Source: Takakia lepidozioides
Taxonomy: Eukaryota; Plantae; Bryophyta
Direction: 5' to 3'
Length of the DNA stretch: 64,000 bases
Assembly: GCA_030704615.1 (NCBI GenBank)
Contig: CM060734.1
Span: 47,926,001 to 47,990,000, forward strand
Made by a program: the position numbers and the translations under genes. Positions 24,078 to 37,600 of this stretch are shown piece after piece. Every line of letters starts with the position of its first letter. The stretch's first letter is position 1. A model generated the notes under the pieces. The model worked only from the letters and a program-made list of their open reading frames with translations. It was not told where the DNA came from and ran no database searches.

Positions 24078-27000
24078 ATGGCGCATGCCCTCCGCAGCTC
24101 TCCGCTGCTCTGCTGCGCTGCACCGGAGGCAGCAGGCTGGCGCGCACACGAAGGGCAGGCGGGCAGGGTGCGATGGTGTAGGCTGCAGCGGATGGTGTCG
24201 CTGAGGCGAGCTGCGTGCCCTGCCCCTGCATTGCCGGTTCAGGCTGCCAGTGCTGATAGTAGCGCTTATGCGGGAGTGTCCGTCTACAAACCTTCGTCCT
24301 ACGATGTGCTCGTATCCGGTATGTCCCATTTTGGGTAACCTGCAGGCATTTCTGGTTTTAATTTTATCTTGAATTTCGAGCGACCACAGTGGTCGGATGA
24401 GAAGTGACTAGAGAGGACTCATAGCTGCGTGGAAGGTTTTTTTAACGGTAGTATGTCTTGCGTGCTTTGGAGATGCCTGGAATTCAATATGCACCTATAC
24501 TTCAACTAGCTTTGAGTAGATAGAGACCGCATGTTGAGGTTTGTTTATGGAGCCCTGGGCTCTGAGCTAGTAAGCTTCATGACAATTGTGCTGACAGTAC
24601 ATAGTGGGCTTGGGTACTTCGCTGTGGTGGAGTTGGAGTGACTCATTGGGTGGCTGTCGTATTTTTCTTCCCGCCTGGTAACGAGTACAACAGCAGCAAT
24701 TTAAATTGTGCTGATGGTCATTACTGGAAAACCGAGGGTTTGCAGATGCAGCAAAGGCACTCAGTTATGCTCTGGATGACGTCAAGAAGCGAATTGAAAT
24801 TGATTTCCCGTACGCTTCTGATCTTCCTGCTTGCCATCATAGGTGTTATTTGCAAGGACAAGAGAGGACTTTGTCAAGTGGGATAGATAATGCAAGTAGT
24901 TTTGTCTTCACGCCCTCCTCTCCTTTCAGTTTCCTCTTTGGTGGGCATCTATTTTCCATTTGCCTAATATAATCAATACTGACATGAATTCTTCATCCTG
25001 TTTCTTCATGATATCTCTGGCTCCTCTCTTGCTTGGCTGGGGTGCTAGTTATCTGTGATAAAGCATGATACTTTTCCTTTTTTTGGATGATGGCAGGCCA
25101 TTGCCAAGCAGCATATCTGGGTACCAGGTGCACTTTGTCATTCCCAGGTTTCCTTCTGTGATAGTTTCCCTTGTGTTTATGTGACTTGCTCAAGAAATCA
25201 CGTTAGCTTTAATTTAAGAGTTGCCTTGATTGGTCTCTTCATGTGATTCAAATGTTGAGCTTGCTTTTTCATTCTTATAAATTTACTTCAATCTCCCTGA
25301 CTAGATGTTTCTTCTTTGTTTTTGTTCTCAGTGTCAGTCAAGTATATACTTGATTTGGAAGGTAGATTACAACTTTTTCTGATGACTATTGCACAATGTG
25401 ATCGGCAGGGAGCATCAGATGAGTTTATTGATGCCAACATCCAACTGGCTTTAGCTCTAGCACGCAAGCTTCAGGAAGCGGAAGGCATCACGTCATGTCT
25501 TGTAGGTCCCTTGTGTTGCCTATGAGATCTTATATTCACAAGCTCGTGTTTTCCTGAAATAGATGTAGTGGCCCCATAAAGACCCTTGGAAGTTGTGGGA
25601 GGCATCCCAGAGATTGAAGGGAGACATGAGAATGTTTTGTGTGTTCAGTCCAGTTATCTTTTATTGTACGATTGTTGATGGTAGTTTTGCAGTCTGTTTT
25701 TCACCTGCTAAACTGAGACCTGTGAGACAAGCTGTCAGGGGTGACGCAACGTTTTTGATGATGACAGGTTTTCCCTGATAAACCCGAGAAGCGACGGGCT
25801 TCGAGAATGTTTCGGTCAGCATTTGATCTTGTAAGCATGGTTATTACGGCACAAGATCTAATGTATTTGGTAGTGTCAGTCTTCAAAGCATTATACTCCA
25901 TGTTTTGAGGAGTCATATCTAAGTCTTGCATAGATGATTGTTGATGTGATTCAATGACATCTCGGGAGAAAATATCTTGCACTGCAGGTTTGATATTTTG
26001 GTGGGGTGAAGGGTGTTTTGTGTGAGGTTTAGGAGCAGGGCCAGGATAGATTTGAGGAGTCAGAGTCATATCGAAGTCTTGCATAGATGACTGTCGATGT
26101 GACTCAAAGGCAACTCAGGGGAGATAAAATATCTTGTAGTGCTGTTTTGAATTCTTGGTGGGGTTAAGGGTTTGTTGTGTGGGGTTTAGGAGCGGGGCCA
26201 GGATAGGTGGGAGGGTGAGTGTTGATGCCATATCATGTGGGTTGTCATGCAGACAGATGGGATCACTGTGGGCTGTTTGGATGATGTTCCTGGTGGAGCA
26301 GCAAAAAGTTTTTGGGGAATGTTACGGAATGCCCTTGATTTTGACTTTGAAGAAGATGTGGAAGGCATTGTCCTCTGCCAGACTCTCAAATGACCTCTGT
26401 AGCAATGATAGAATGCAGTGCAAAGAGACTTTTTTGTGATTTTTGTCCTCTGATGGTGAGCAAGTAGTTCTATGAAGAGCTGATTTGTAGTTTCAAAACA
26501 AGGCATCAAACTTCTGTCTAGGACAACACTTTGACTGGTCAGGCCTGTGGGCGTATTAGTGTTTGTGATGGTGATTGTGTTGACATTCCATTTTGGTGTG
26601 GGGGGAACACAGGCAAGTGGCAAACGAATGCAGCAGCAGGGTTGTACATTATACTAAATTGCAGCACAGCGGAGCTACCAGCAGTGGAGCAATATGTGGT
26701 ATGCTGGCATTGCCTGCATGATGTGACTAGGACCTCAGACCCCTACACAGTGCAGGGAGGTTTGCCAGGTCGATGAGCTTGTCAGTGGATTAGGGGCATG
26801 TGCTGTTGCTTATTAGTGACTTAGCAACAGCAGGGCTAAAATAAATCATAACTTTCTTGGTTCCTACTTCAGTAGTTAGCCTTTATGCATGTATCCATGT
26901 TTGATAGTCGTGTTCCTTGTATGCAGTCCTTCCACATCTGCTCAAGAAGCCTAAGAGGTCACCAGATAGCCTTTCTGCCTCGGCTGTTTTCTTGACCTGC

Positions 27001-28767
27001 ACTTTTTGTTAAATATATCAGAATCCAGGAAGGGGGCCTGACTGTGGTAGAGAGTATGGCCATGCTTTGCAACTTGACCAGCAATTCTGTTGTCCTAATT
27101 TATATTTTAGAGTGCATTTGGAGGATTAACGGTGTGAAAGAGGAGATTGAGGACATGGAGTGCTGGTTTAGTGCTGACTCATAGTTGTGTGCATAGTCAC
27201 TGATGGTTATGGTGTGTAAATATTGTCGACTATGATTACATGGTACTACTGTTTCCTGCTGCAGAGCACTCTTGCAGCAGATTGCCCAGTTGTTCTCTTC
27301 AACTTGGAAACAGACACTTTGAGGTATATTTATTCCATCATAGCCAGCTATGCAAAGACTGAAGTTTGGAGCTACCTTAAGATGCATCTTAAAGAAAGTT
27401 GAGGTGCCAGCAATCACGCTACTGACACTAGCGGGCAACAAAGGCTGGGTTTGAACTGAGGGGAAGCTGATAGATTGTAACAGAATCCAGACTACATCTT
27501 GGAATGAAGGGCTGATGTTGCACTAAATGATTCTGTGCAGAGCTGACCTTGGCTTACTCGGTTTTCCCACCAAAGAGATACACTATCGATTTCTTTCCCA
27601 GTTTTTACCTGTCTTTTACATACGAACTCGGGATTACTCTAAGGTAAGATAGCCATTGCGTAGGCATTATCCTCATATGTCAAGACACTCAGCTGGTATC
27701 GGAGCTAGTACTTTGCTACATGTTGTTCATTGCTATTGATCGTAAAGAGGAAATCACCCCTTTTCTTTCCTCGATCTATCTTGTCTTCCCCCTCCTTTGC
27801 GGTTTCTTGGCACCTGTGTATGCACAAGAGGTTGCATTGTCACACCAAGAGCTGCTATGCTGGCACTTGTAGTATTTCACTTGTAGAATGATAGGGGGAC
27901 GTGGAAAAGCTGCATAGTTCAGTGCTCAAAAGCAACCTGTATGGCTAGTGTCAGACTTCTGACTTTGGCTATTGTATATTCCATACCAGAGCGTTCCTGT
28001 GGCACCATTCATTCTTAATTACAGTGGGGCGTTGTTTCGCCAATATCCAGGTACTTGTCCATGCTCACGATCTGTATGTAGCACCCTAATCTTCCTCTGC
28101 CTTGTGTCTATGACTTGAAGGTGAACTTGTTCCTATGACAATTTGTCTTGCTGTGAGTAGAGTGGGCTTCGGAAGGGAAGGCACAACTTTTCTACAAGTG
28201 TTGGTGGGGTTGTTGTCTTAGGGCCATGGCAGGTGATGCTGAAGCAGACAGATGGGTCATATGCATGTGTTGCTGAAGCCCTAGAGCGCTTCACATTGGG
28301 CCAGGTCCGTGTTGCTGGTTGACTTATGCCTCTGTTTGTTGATTCATCAGAGGCTCAATTGGCGGGACTGTCATGTGATGAATGGTTGGCCTAACACTGC
28401 TGTATCCTGGATATTTCTTAGCAAAAGTGTGTCAGAAGTTCAGTGAGTATGTTGGTGGAAATGTGCAGACAAAGGAGGAACTGCTGACTTCACTAGGGCT
28501 CCAGGAGGAAGAAGGCAGTACCATGGCGTTCCTTCGCAGCGGTTACAAGGTTTGTATCACCCTGTCACTTGGTTTCATAAGCTCTTAGCTTTTATGTCTA
28601 TTCGTCAGTTGTCGCAGTGAGCACTATTGAACGGCAGCTAGTTTCCTGGGCATTTTTTAAAGAGGTTGGGTAATAGCCTACTTGTAATCACTTTGGGGGC
28701 ATGCCAGACAGCGACATGGTGGGAGGAGGATAAAGAATTGGAGCAGTCATCAGCATGGAGGACGTAA
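24078..28767 (+). CDS. LPA3: LOW PSII ACCUMULATION 3-like chloroplast protein (DUF1995), 13 exons
   Basis: Phase-consistent exons 24078-24318, 24746-24809, 25097-25127, 25409-25501, 25768-25830, 26253-26364, 26613-26698, 27265-27323, 27541-27643, 27990-28050, 28222-28304, 28469-28549 and 28708-28767. Motifs [62 protein letters not shown] and ATWWEED. Transit-peptide-like N-terminus. Confidence 0.92.
25905..26205 (+). repeat. ~150 bp imperfect tandem duplication in LPA3 intron 5
   Basis: GAGGAGTCA...AAGTCTTGCATAGATGA...ATATCTTG...GGTTTAGGAGC occurs twice. Confidence 0.7.
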
Positions 28768-30218
28768 GAACCTTCACCTGGCTGTCTTTTCACCAAACCA
28801 GGCACTGCCTTATGCAGGTATTTTCACTGAGCACTTTTTATTTTGACTCCAGAGCATATCTGTTTTGTTATACATATGGCACATGGATTGGAGGGTAATT
28901 GGTTATTAGTCCCATTTTCAGGGGGATTGAATATAGTCTACTAATTTTCTGCAAAAATCTTGGAAATGGAGAAGACGCTGACACTTCTACTGCAAATGTT
29001 ATTGGATGCTCTGTAGCATTCCTGGCATGGATTGATATTCAACATTGCTGCCTACATACTGTGTGCGAGGTGGCTGAGTGGCACGATTCGTCCATGTATC
29101 ATATGATCGATTTATTAGATGATTGGCCAATTTGGGTGTTATTTGCAGCTACACCATGGTGCTGCACTGTCCCCCAAATAATGAAAACCTCACTAGTATC
29201 TGCTCTGCTGAAGGATTTCAGAAGATATTTTGTATCAGCTTGAGGGAGACTGAAGACTGAATGTGTTTCAAAAATATCCAACGCCACATGCTTTTACCTT
29301 GCAGGAACAATCGCAGTGTCATCCAGCGAATGCCCCCGTTGAGTGGTGACATTCAGAGTATACCGAATTCTTGTCGTGTCTTAAGTAGCAGGATGCCTTT
29401 TCAAGTACTTTGTCATAATGTTGCTCAAAAGGAAGTTGCAATCCTCAAATTCAGGTTTCACTTATTTCATGAGGACATGGTTACTACAAGCCCATGTAGC
29501 AAGTTGCTAACGGCCATTGCCATCAAATGGATGGAGGACTGTGGTACCTAATGCCAAGTCCAATGGATCAAAGAATGAATCAAATTTTTGAACTTGCCAT
29601 TCATGTATACTCTGCGAAACCAGCCAAATGTACAGACAGACTGCCAGCGTATAGTAGCATTTGTTAGGATTTCAATCCCAATTTTTGCACAGATTGCTTG
29701 ACTATAGAAGTAGGCCTTTCTTGCCAGGGCCCCATAAATGACAATCTCTTGATGAGCTATTGGTGGTACTGACACAGAGAAGTGGGCTGCAGTCCACAAT
29801 GAGCATTTTCAATGTGCCTAAAATCCCTGCTCATGTCAATAATAGTTCTTTAAGTTTCTGAGATACGCAATGTCTTACTGGATGTCATGTCACATTTGCA
29901 ATCAGGAATGCCCTCAAACTTACACAGGCAGCAAAATGGCCTATTAAGCTTCACTTCAGAGCTCCGACAAGATAACCACAGAAATGCAAGCAAAACTGAC
30001 AGGTGTTGGAGATCAGCAGTGTCAAAGGAACAAGATACTGAACATCTGTTATGATCCTGAAGGGAGTGCATTTATGGTCACACAAAACCTGCTGCCCAGT
30101 ATAAATGTAAAATACAGATACATAATGTTGCTCTGGTGTTGAAAACTGGAGACAAACACACAGGGCTCGTCCCACCATATCCTTCCCTTATCATCATTCC
30201 CTTCTATGTGGGGTACTA

Positions 30219-33200
30219 TTACTGAAGTTTTTTGGTCTGCTGATCCACTGGAGGCTGGGTCTGGCGAGCTCTTGGCCTAAACAAGGCATCATCCTTAATA
30301 AAGCTCCACCAGAAGTAGGTTAGTGGAAGGGTTGTAGCATGCCATATGGCATGTGCATCAAAGACTCCCCACAGGGGTGGGAAATCGTAGATCTCCAGAA
30401 ACATTGTGAGAACTGTCCCATAGATAACTGTCAGTAGCTTGTGACGGGCTGGGTGGCGGACCGCGACACTCCACACTCCCCATAGCAGGAGCTGGGCCAC
30501 ACCCATTGCAACACACACCTTCATGTTCCAACCTGTCACATCACCCCGTCAAACATACGCAATTGTAGTTACTTCTGAACACAAATCCTCCTTTCTGACC
30601 TGACAGAAACCTGTCTAGTCTTCTCTTAAAGATTTGAGGACTCAATAACATTTCCAAACTTAGCCAATTTCGGAATGACTGCGATTGGCTCAAACTTCTC
30701 CAAACTGTACGAGATGAGTTGCAGGGACAGTTGTTGGGATGCTTTCAAAGAGGGCCGCTTGTTTTGAAGAGTACAAATATTTGCTACCCTCAACCATGCT
30801 GAAATGCGACATATGGAACTTAGAAGAGTACAAATATTTGACACCCTCAACCATGCCGAAATGCGACATTGGAACTTAGTATACAGAGGAAAATGACCTA
30901 CTCTAAAGAGACCCACTTGCTCATCAAAGCCTGTGCAGAATAGGTCTGTGCCCAGTGTCTCCATTTTGAGCAATACTTTCTGTACCCTTGGTGCAAATCT
31001 TGTCTACTGACTTCTTGAGATTACCGAACCCTTTCACGTATTCATAACTAAATGCCTCTGCCCAAGATGAGTCCCTGAAAACACAAACGTGTCTCCAGCG
31101 AGACAAAATGTAATACTAAGACATTGTTTGCCGTAGCCTTGTGGCCACACCGCGCCCATTTTGTGCGGAACAAGAATGAACAGACACTACCAGTGTGAGG
31201 GCTCACTCTAGTAGTGGGACTTAACCTCAATATAACAATTTGTTTGGGCTTTCCCGATTTCCTTTAGAAGCCCTAGAAACGAAGCATCGATGCCCATCCC
31301 CAAGAGGGCCAGGGTATTAGGCTCAGCCTCGAGATTTTGGAAGTGGGTGAACAGCAGGGACTATGCTATTGATGGTCCTGATGAGGGTCGCTCTCTGATG
31401 ACATTGTATCAGAAAATGGATAGTCTTCAGGTCGCCTGCACATTGGGCATTGACAATCTCCCTTTCCTCTCTAGCATCTATTTATTGTTCAGAAGTAGAC
31501 TCCCCGACCTTAGTTTAAATTTCAGTCTAGTGCCAAGGGTAGGTGAGCCCTTCAGGTCATCCTTGAGGTCCTCACCCATGTCACAGACTGGAAACAGGTT
31601 CAGGGAGAGTTCGGACATTCTTCATGCTTCCAACATGACCTTAGACACTTCAGCCTCCAAATCTAGCAGGGTCAGTTCTTTCCTGCCTATTTAGATAGAG
31701 GAAGTGATAGCTGCAGATTCATCCCTGCGGTGAGGAGCTGTTAGTGACCGGGTATTTGAGAATGGTTTATTATTTAAGGGTATCTGGTATTAAGCATGCA
31801 ATTCAATTGACCCCACCATCTGACCTTGAACTCATCACATCAAGAGCTCAAGGGCGGTATGCCATACTCGCCCCAAACAGCCACGTTAGCTGTTCTAGAG
31901 CATGCTGACATGCTTTCTTTGAGCACCAAACGCTGAATGGGTTCTCAAGTATTAGCATGGTTGGTAGCATACTCTCCCAATGAGACAGAGAGAGAATGAA
32001 CTATCTCTGTCACACTGGGAGACTAGAATGCGAACTGTGGAGAGAAGAGTCAGTTTACTTACCATAGTCAAATTTGTACAGATTCAAGTACAAGATGTGA
32101 GTGGACACAAACGCAATAGTAGGGGCCGCTACCATCACCCTCTGTGCCTCAATCCTGAAATTGAATGTTCGAATGATTGCGAGCATCAAAGAATATCCCA
32201 TCAACACAATGGCGGATGAATAGTCCATCTTCTCTGTGAAACCTATGTCTCTGCACACACACCCAATTCCAAGAGATTACCACCCAATTCTCAATGTGGG
32301 TATACCTCTTCTTCAAAGTGAGAGCCTCGAAGCAACAAAGAGTCTAAACACAAAATCATATTCTCACATGCTTCACAAGACCTTTTCTGAAGGGGAAGAC
32401 AAAACCTCAGAAGGAGAATGTAGTTCATCAATCGAGTACAGGCAGCAAGACGGACTAGTAGCTTCTCACCGAGAATGGAATACAGCGCTCCAAATCCATG
32501 AATTGATTGACAAAAGGCCGTAGATGGTCCAGAGGCCTGCATATTCATAGTACTGAACCTTAGTGCCTTGGGCTGGCACTGGAAGCTTCAGTAGCATCAA
32601 AAAGGACCATAGGCCTTGAAAGTGAACGAGTAGATTCAGCATGGAAAACGCCACTGATGCTGGCTCCTGCATAGATTGAGCACAACTTATATTGGATTCA
32701 GTCAAAGTGAGGACTGTTTTTCCAAGAGAGACGTTTTCTGGATCCATGAGCAACGTAGGAAAGAGAATCATGAGTATTCGCGTGCTGCAATATAGGCCAT
32801 TCGGTGACAACACTCCAGGGAGGCTCACATGTAACAAACATGCAAGTGTTAATAACAACTTGGATATTGTAACATGTCACAGTTTAATTCGGGGTCCACC
32901 AGCAAAAAACCACCGCGATTGAATTTATCCTAGTTGACTACACCCTCTCCAGCTGCAACTACCGTCTGGCTAGTGACCAGAAAAATCGGCTCCATTGGCA
33001 GCTACCACGTGGCTTAGGACGACCACCAGGACTGATCTACACTTTGCAATGCTTGCTAGACATGAAATCAAGGTTCATTTTTTCAACCACAACCTGCTGG
33101 GATAAATAGCAACCTTCTCCCTCCAAAAAAGAACATCTCATTTCCGTCTCCTGGCACAGCCACATTGAAGCATTTGGCGATCTCTAAGTGCCACGACAGG

Positions 33201-33748
33201 ATCAACACAATGCAAGCAGTCGTACGCTGGCGGCCTAAAACCTCGCCTTTATCCGCCGGCAAAGAAAGACGACTCCTTATTGCCCAGAATTCATCACGCC
33301 CTTGTGGCATTCAAAACAGAGATAGAGACAAAAAAGCAGGGACATCGTGCCAGACCTGGAGACTGAATAGACGGACAAAAGGCCATCGGCCATGGTACTT
33401 GACTGGCGGCAGCTCCTCCGCCTGTCTCTCCACCTCCCGCTTGAGCATACATTGGTACCGGCATTCGCTCAGGCAATCCCACTCTCTCCACCGCAAATAA
33501 AAGGGCTCCTTCGGAGTAAACCCATCTCCCTGCCGATCAATCCCGTCGACAGGAAAGTTGCAACCACTGATCAAGCAGGCGCCATCTACACACCCACTCT
33601 CTCCACAGCTCTCCACGCAGGAGCTGTAAAGCGGATGGGCATCTCCAGCACTCGCTTCACAAACCGTGAGAAGGCAATGGAGAAGGAGGGGCAGCAGTAG
33701 TACTGGCTGCCCCAGCTGCCTCCTTACGGAGGGCACCGAAGCTCGCAT
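30219..33748 (-). CDS. PGAP3: Post-GPI attachment to proteins factor 3 (Per1-like), 4 exons
   Basis: Exons 33356-33748, 32470-32666, 32063-32250 and 30219-30532, all GT-AG and phase-consistent. Signal peptide, ASAGD, WDCLSECRYQCM, KYHGRWPF, QEPASVAFS, WSAVFHSRD, TEKMDYSSA and DFPPLWGVFDAHAIWH. Confidence 0.95.
30766..30879 (+). repeat. ~58 bp tandem duplication in PGAP3 intron 3
   Basis: GAAGAGTACAAATATTTG..ACCCTCAACCATGC.GAAATGCGACAT..GGAACTTAG x2. Confidence 0.85.
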
Positions 33749-34698
33749 CTTTCTCCCTACAACCCCCCTCCGACCTTCTCTACAAAACCCACATATGCTT
33801 CCCTCCTTGAAATGCCCAACCGAGACTTGGGTATTACCGTCATAATGGTAAGTCACTTAACTAGAAACTATCATGAATTCATGCTTGAAATGATGCACTT
33901 AAGCAATGTATAGTGTTCTGCCCACTTTACAATACCTCCGTAAAGGTAATGTCATAAATCTCTAAGGGCAGAGCCGGTTGGTCGGTGCTATCAGGGTCTG
34001 GAGGAGAATTGGAAGGAAGGAGATGGGTGTATCAGGTTTTCATATGTTGGGTATGGAGCTCTCAGAGCAAATGAGAAGAATGATTGGTATCCTCTTACTC
34101 AGTAGCAGGAGCCATACTATTTTTGAACTTGAATTTCTATTGGGTCTTGATGTAATTGCTACTTGGATTGAAGCCATGTAAGTGTGGAGAGACAATCTGA
34201 TCAGGATCTTCACGTTGAGCTGAACGCATTATTAATTTTCAATGGAGTGCGTCTGTTAAGAAGATATGACATGGAGAATCTTCTAAGAAAAGTGTTTGCG
34301 TTGTTTGAAAAATGTTTACTCACTAAGCATTCAACTTGTCTCATGATGTCTGCATGAATTTCTGTTTTGCAACATAGAGAACATGAGGTCCATCAGAAAA
34401 CCCCTCCAACTAAGGACTATATGCAGCTCCTCTATTCATCCTCCAACCCCCGCAATCTTGCTTTGTGCCTGGAGCTCAGTGTCCTGCGCACATGGAATTG
34501 AGTACTGGATAAGTCTCTCTTTGTAAAAATTCTCGTCTCTTCCTTGGATTAAGGGTCAGAGATGTGTGAGAAGAGGAGTTTCCCTTGTTTCCCTTTTCTC
34601 TGGTACAAAATGAAAAAATATATAGAGAGTATGCCAACCCAAATTGATGAGCCATTTGGAGGTTGGTGCCAGCGCATGAGAGGGATAGAGCATTTAGT

Positions 34699-37600
34699 CT
34701 ATAGAGACGTACCACACTTGCAAGAGACACTTGGAGTCGGCAAGCAATTTGGTGCATACGAGAATCTGCAGCAGAATGTAACCTAATGAGCTGCTGGCTA
34801 AGTTGCAAACCTCCTTGGTAGGCCAAAACATTTCTATGAATGGCAGGATAATATGTTTACAGGTACCACAACCTGCCCTCTCTTAAATCCGAGGAGATTC
34901 CCACACAGACAGTTAATACGAGTTCCTCAAACTTCACAAAGACGAATTTGATTCCACATGAAAGAGACAAATGAATGGTTGATCCATGATTTTGCGTACA
35001 CAATCCACATGAATGTCACAATGCACATTCTCTGTATCGGCTTCATGAAATGGTAGTCAAAGAGGGAACGTGCTGAGCTTGGACTTACTTTCTTCTAGAC
35101 TTGTCCACCTTTGGAATGATACCAGTAAGGCAGTTATTGCTGACATCCCTGCGAAACACACATCGGGACACATTATTTTAATGGATGGTGATTGAGACTG
35201 GACAATATTATTCTGAGGGGTGCCCTCTAAATGGTTTAGTGATGGCAATTCGTAATCAGAGAAGGTTTCTATACCCCCAGTATAACATTTATTGCCTCAC
35301 CTTGGACTTGAGGGGCCTCCACTGTATCAGCAACCAACACAGTTCTGTCCAGATCACAGGAATACCAACAAACTAGGAAACAATTCTGTATTGGAGTTCC
35401 ATTTCACAAAAAATGCTAAAGTTTGGTAAGAAACTCACAGGAGGTCAAAATGTGAGATGTTGGTTGTTGCCGGTAATCTCCCACTCAAGTAGTTGTTTGA
35501 TAAATTTCTGGATCGATCAAATCAGGTTGGGTGAGAAATGGATGACCATTGTTAAAATCACTCTGTCCAGCTCTTCCTAAGGTCAGATTTTAGCAATGAC
35601 CTCACAAAGACATTTGCACCTAATGTTAATTAGAGAGAGAGATGACTCCGGCCAAGGCCGCCGTAACTAAAGAGCCACTTCACCTTAAGGCTACTGCCCC
35701 CTTTCGGGGTTGGGCTCTATATAATGTTAATTATATTGAAGTCAAGAGCAGCTCCAGCTAGGAAGATAATGACCAAGCAAAATGGTGATGTGATCAGAAG
35801 TAGAGTACTCACATGGATGTGACATTGAGGCTTTCAAGAAGAGCTGCTGGGATCTCCCCAAATAATATGTTGTTGCTCAAATCCCTAATCACAGATGCAA
35901 GAGGCCCAGAATAATAATGCCTGATGTATGATCTTCACTACCAGCATCATTGGCATTCTAAAAGGGATTAAGACAGAATCGCATCTGATGTTTTTAGAGG
36001 TGTTTCAAGCACAAAACTGCATTCATTATCATTTAACACCTCTGGATCATGAGAGATTAAAGCAATCGCCTTGTTTCATCTTATAATGGTGGTTACTCAC
36101 ACGCTCTTTAGATTGGGTAGGTTCTGAAGGTCTTCTGGAAGTCCTCCCAAAAATGCATTGTGTGACAAATCCCTGCCATCCATATGATCACTCTTCAGAT
36201 CATCGAGAGTAGAAGGACTCAGTAATTGATGGCAACAACTGTACAATCCATAAGAAGACATGCCTGCACAATTGGATAATTTGTACTCACTAAGGGAAAC
36301 TCCACCTAGCAGATACTCTACTGCCCCAAGATTGACCATGACATCCCTTAAAACCAAGAGAGTGGTCAAGTCCCTCACTGACCGAATCAAAATTGCGGAA
36401 AATGAACGTCTGGCGTAGTGTGTGCACTGAAAGACTCTAAACACACCTTGCAATGGGCAAAAATATGGGTGCACCGAATTTGGAAATTACTCGTTAGAGA
36501 GGGACCAGTGACTCACAATTTTTGTAGGTTGGGAAGACGCTGGAAGCCTGGTACCCTGCAAGTTTTATTGGTCTCGTTAGGAATGGGTTGCACGGAATGA
36601 GTGGGGAAAAGATGATCGTGCTGTTTATGCATATTAGGTTGCAAATCTACATGCAGGTAGAGAGAATTGTTGGTGGGGAGGTGGGGAGACTTGCCTCAGT
36701 GCTCAAGGTTTTTTGTTTTGGAGTCAGTGATGAGGTTTTAAACCCCCTTACCTCCAGAAGAATGCAAAGCAACGCGAGAGAAAGAGCATTGACACTGTAT
36801 TGAAAAGATGATATGATCCCAAACAAAGTTATTTCTACCCTTTACTCCTGTCAATTTTCACACCCCAATTGAAGATCAATTGGCAGAATGTCATCCTCTG
36901 GGGGTATAGAAGGGAGAGAGGAAATGAAATGAAACGAAATGGTACTGTATAGAGTCCGCGGAAAGCTCAAAGAGCTTATGGGACAAAAGGGAAAAACAAG
37001 AAAGAAGAGACAAAGCCACAGCCAAAAGCAGCCCAGAAGCAAACAGATCAAGAAATGAAATGAAATGAAATGGTGCTTTATAACGTCCGTCAAGAAAGAA
37101 AGGAACTTCATAGTGTCCCTGGGAGAAAGAAAGAGAAATCAGATCAGAAAAGTTGGGGCCCCAACAACTGGCTGGAAAGCATGTCAAATTCAACACATGC
37201 TACATTTAGACAAGTATATCAACTTACTGGGGTGGTAGTGGTGGAAACGTGGGCAGAGTCGGCATGGGTACAGGTCGTGTATAGTTCCTGCATGCAATTG
37301 ACAATAAAAACCTGAGCCAATATTGTAATGGAATGCATACAAGAAGGCACTAGTATGGCCCTACTGGTCACCTTTAATGGCCCATGAACTCAGCTTCATT
37401 GCTTCAGGCTACTCTCCAGGTGGCATGTACACATGCACCGAACACTATCTAGACGATATAGAAAATGCTTACAAAACTGAAACCTTGAACCTTAAGCCTT
37501 GAGCCAAGCCAAATTAAAGAGAAATGAAATGAAATGGTGCTTTATAGAGAGAAAGGAGGGCCTAGTTGGAAGAATCTTATAGGAGGTTGAGATACGTTGT

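Noticed and set aside
35301-35344. Possible extra exon (TVLVADTVEAPQVQ) in the LRR gene
   Set aside because: 44 nt and phase-incompatible; the 72-nt alternative contains TGA. The gene reads through without it.
36651-36694. Pro-rich stretch that might be another module
   Set aside because: Weak GAG acceptor, not 3n and no sequon; at most a relic.
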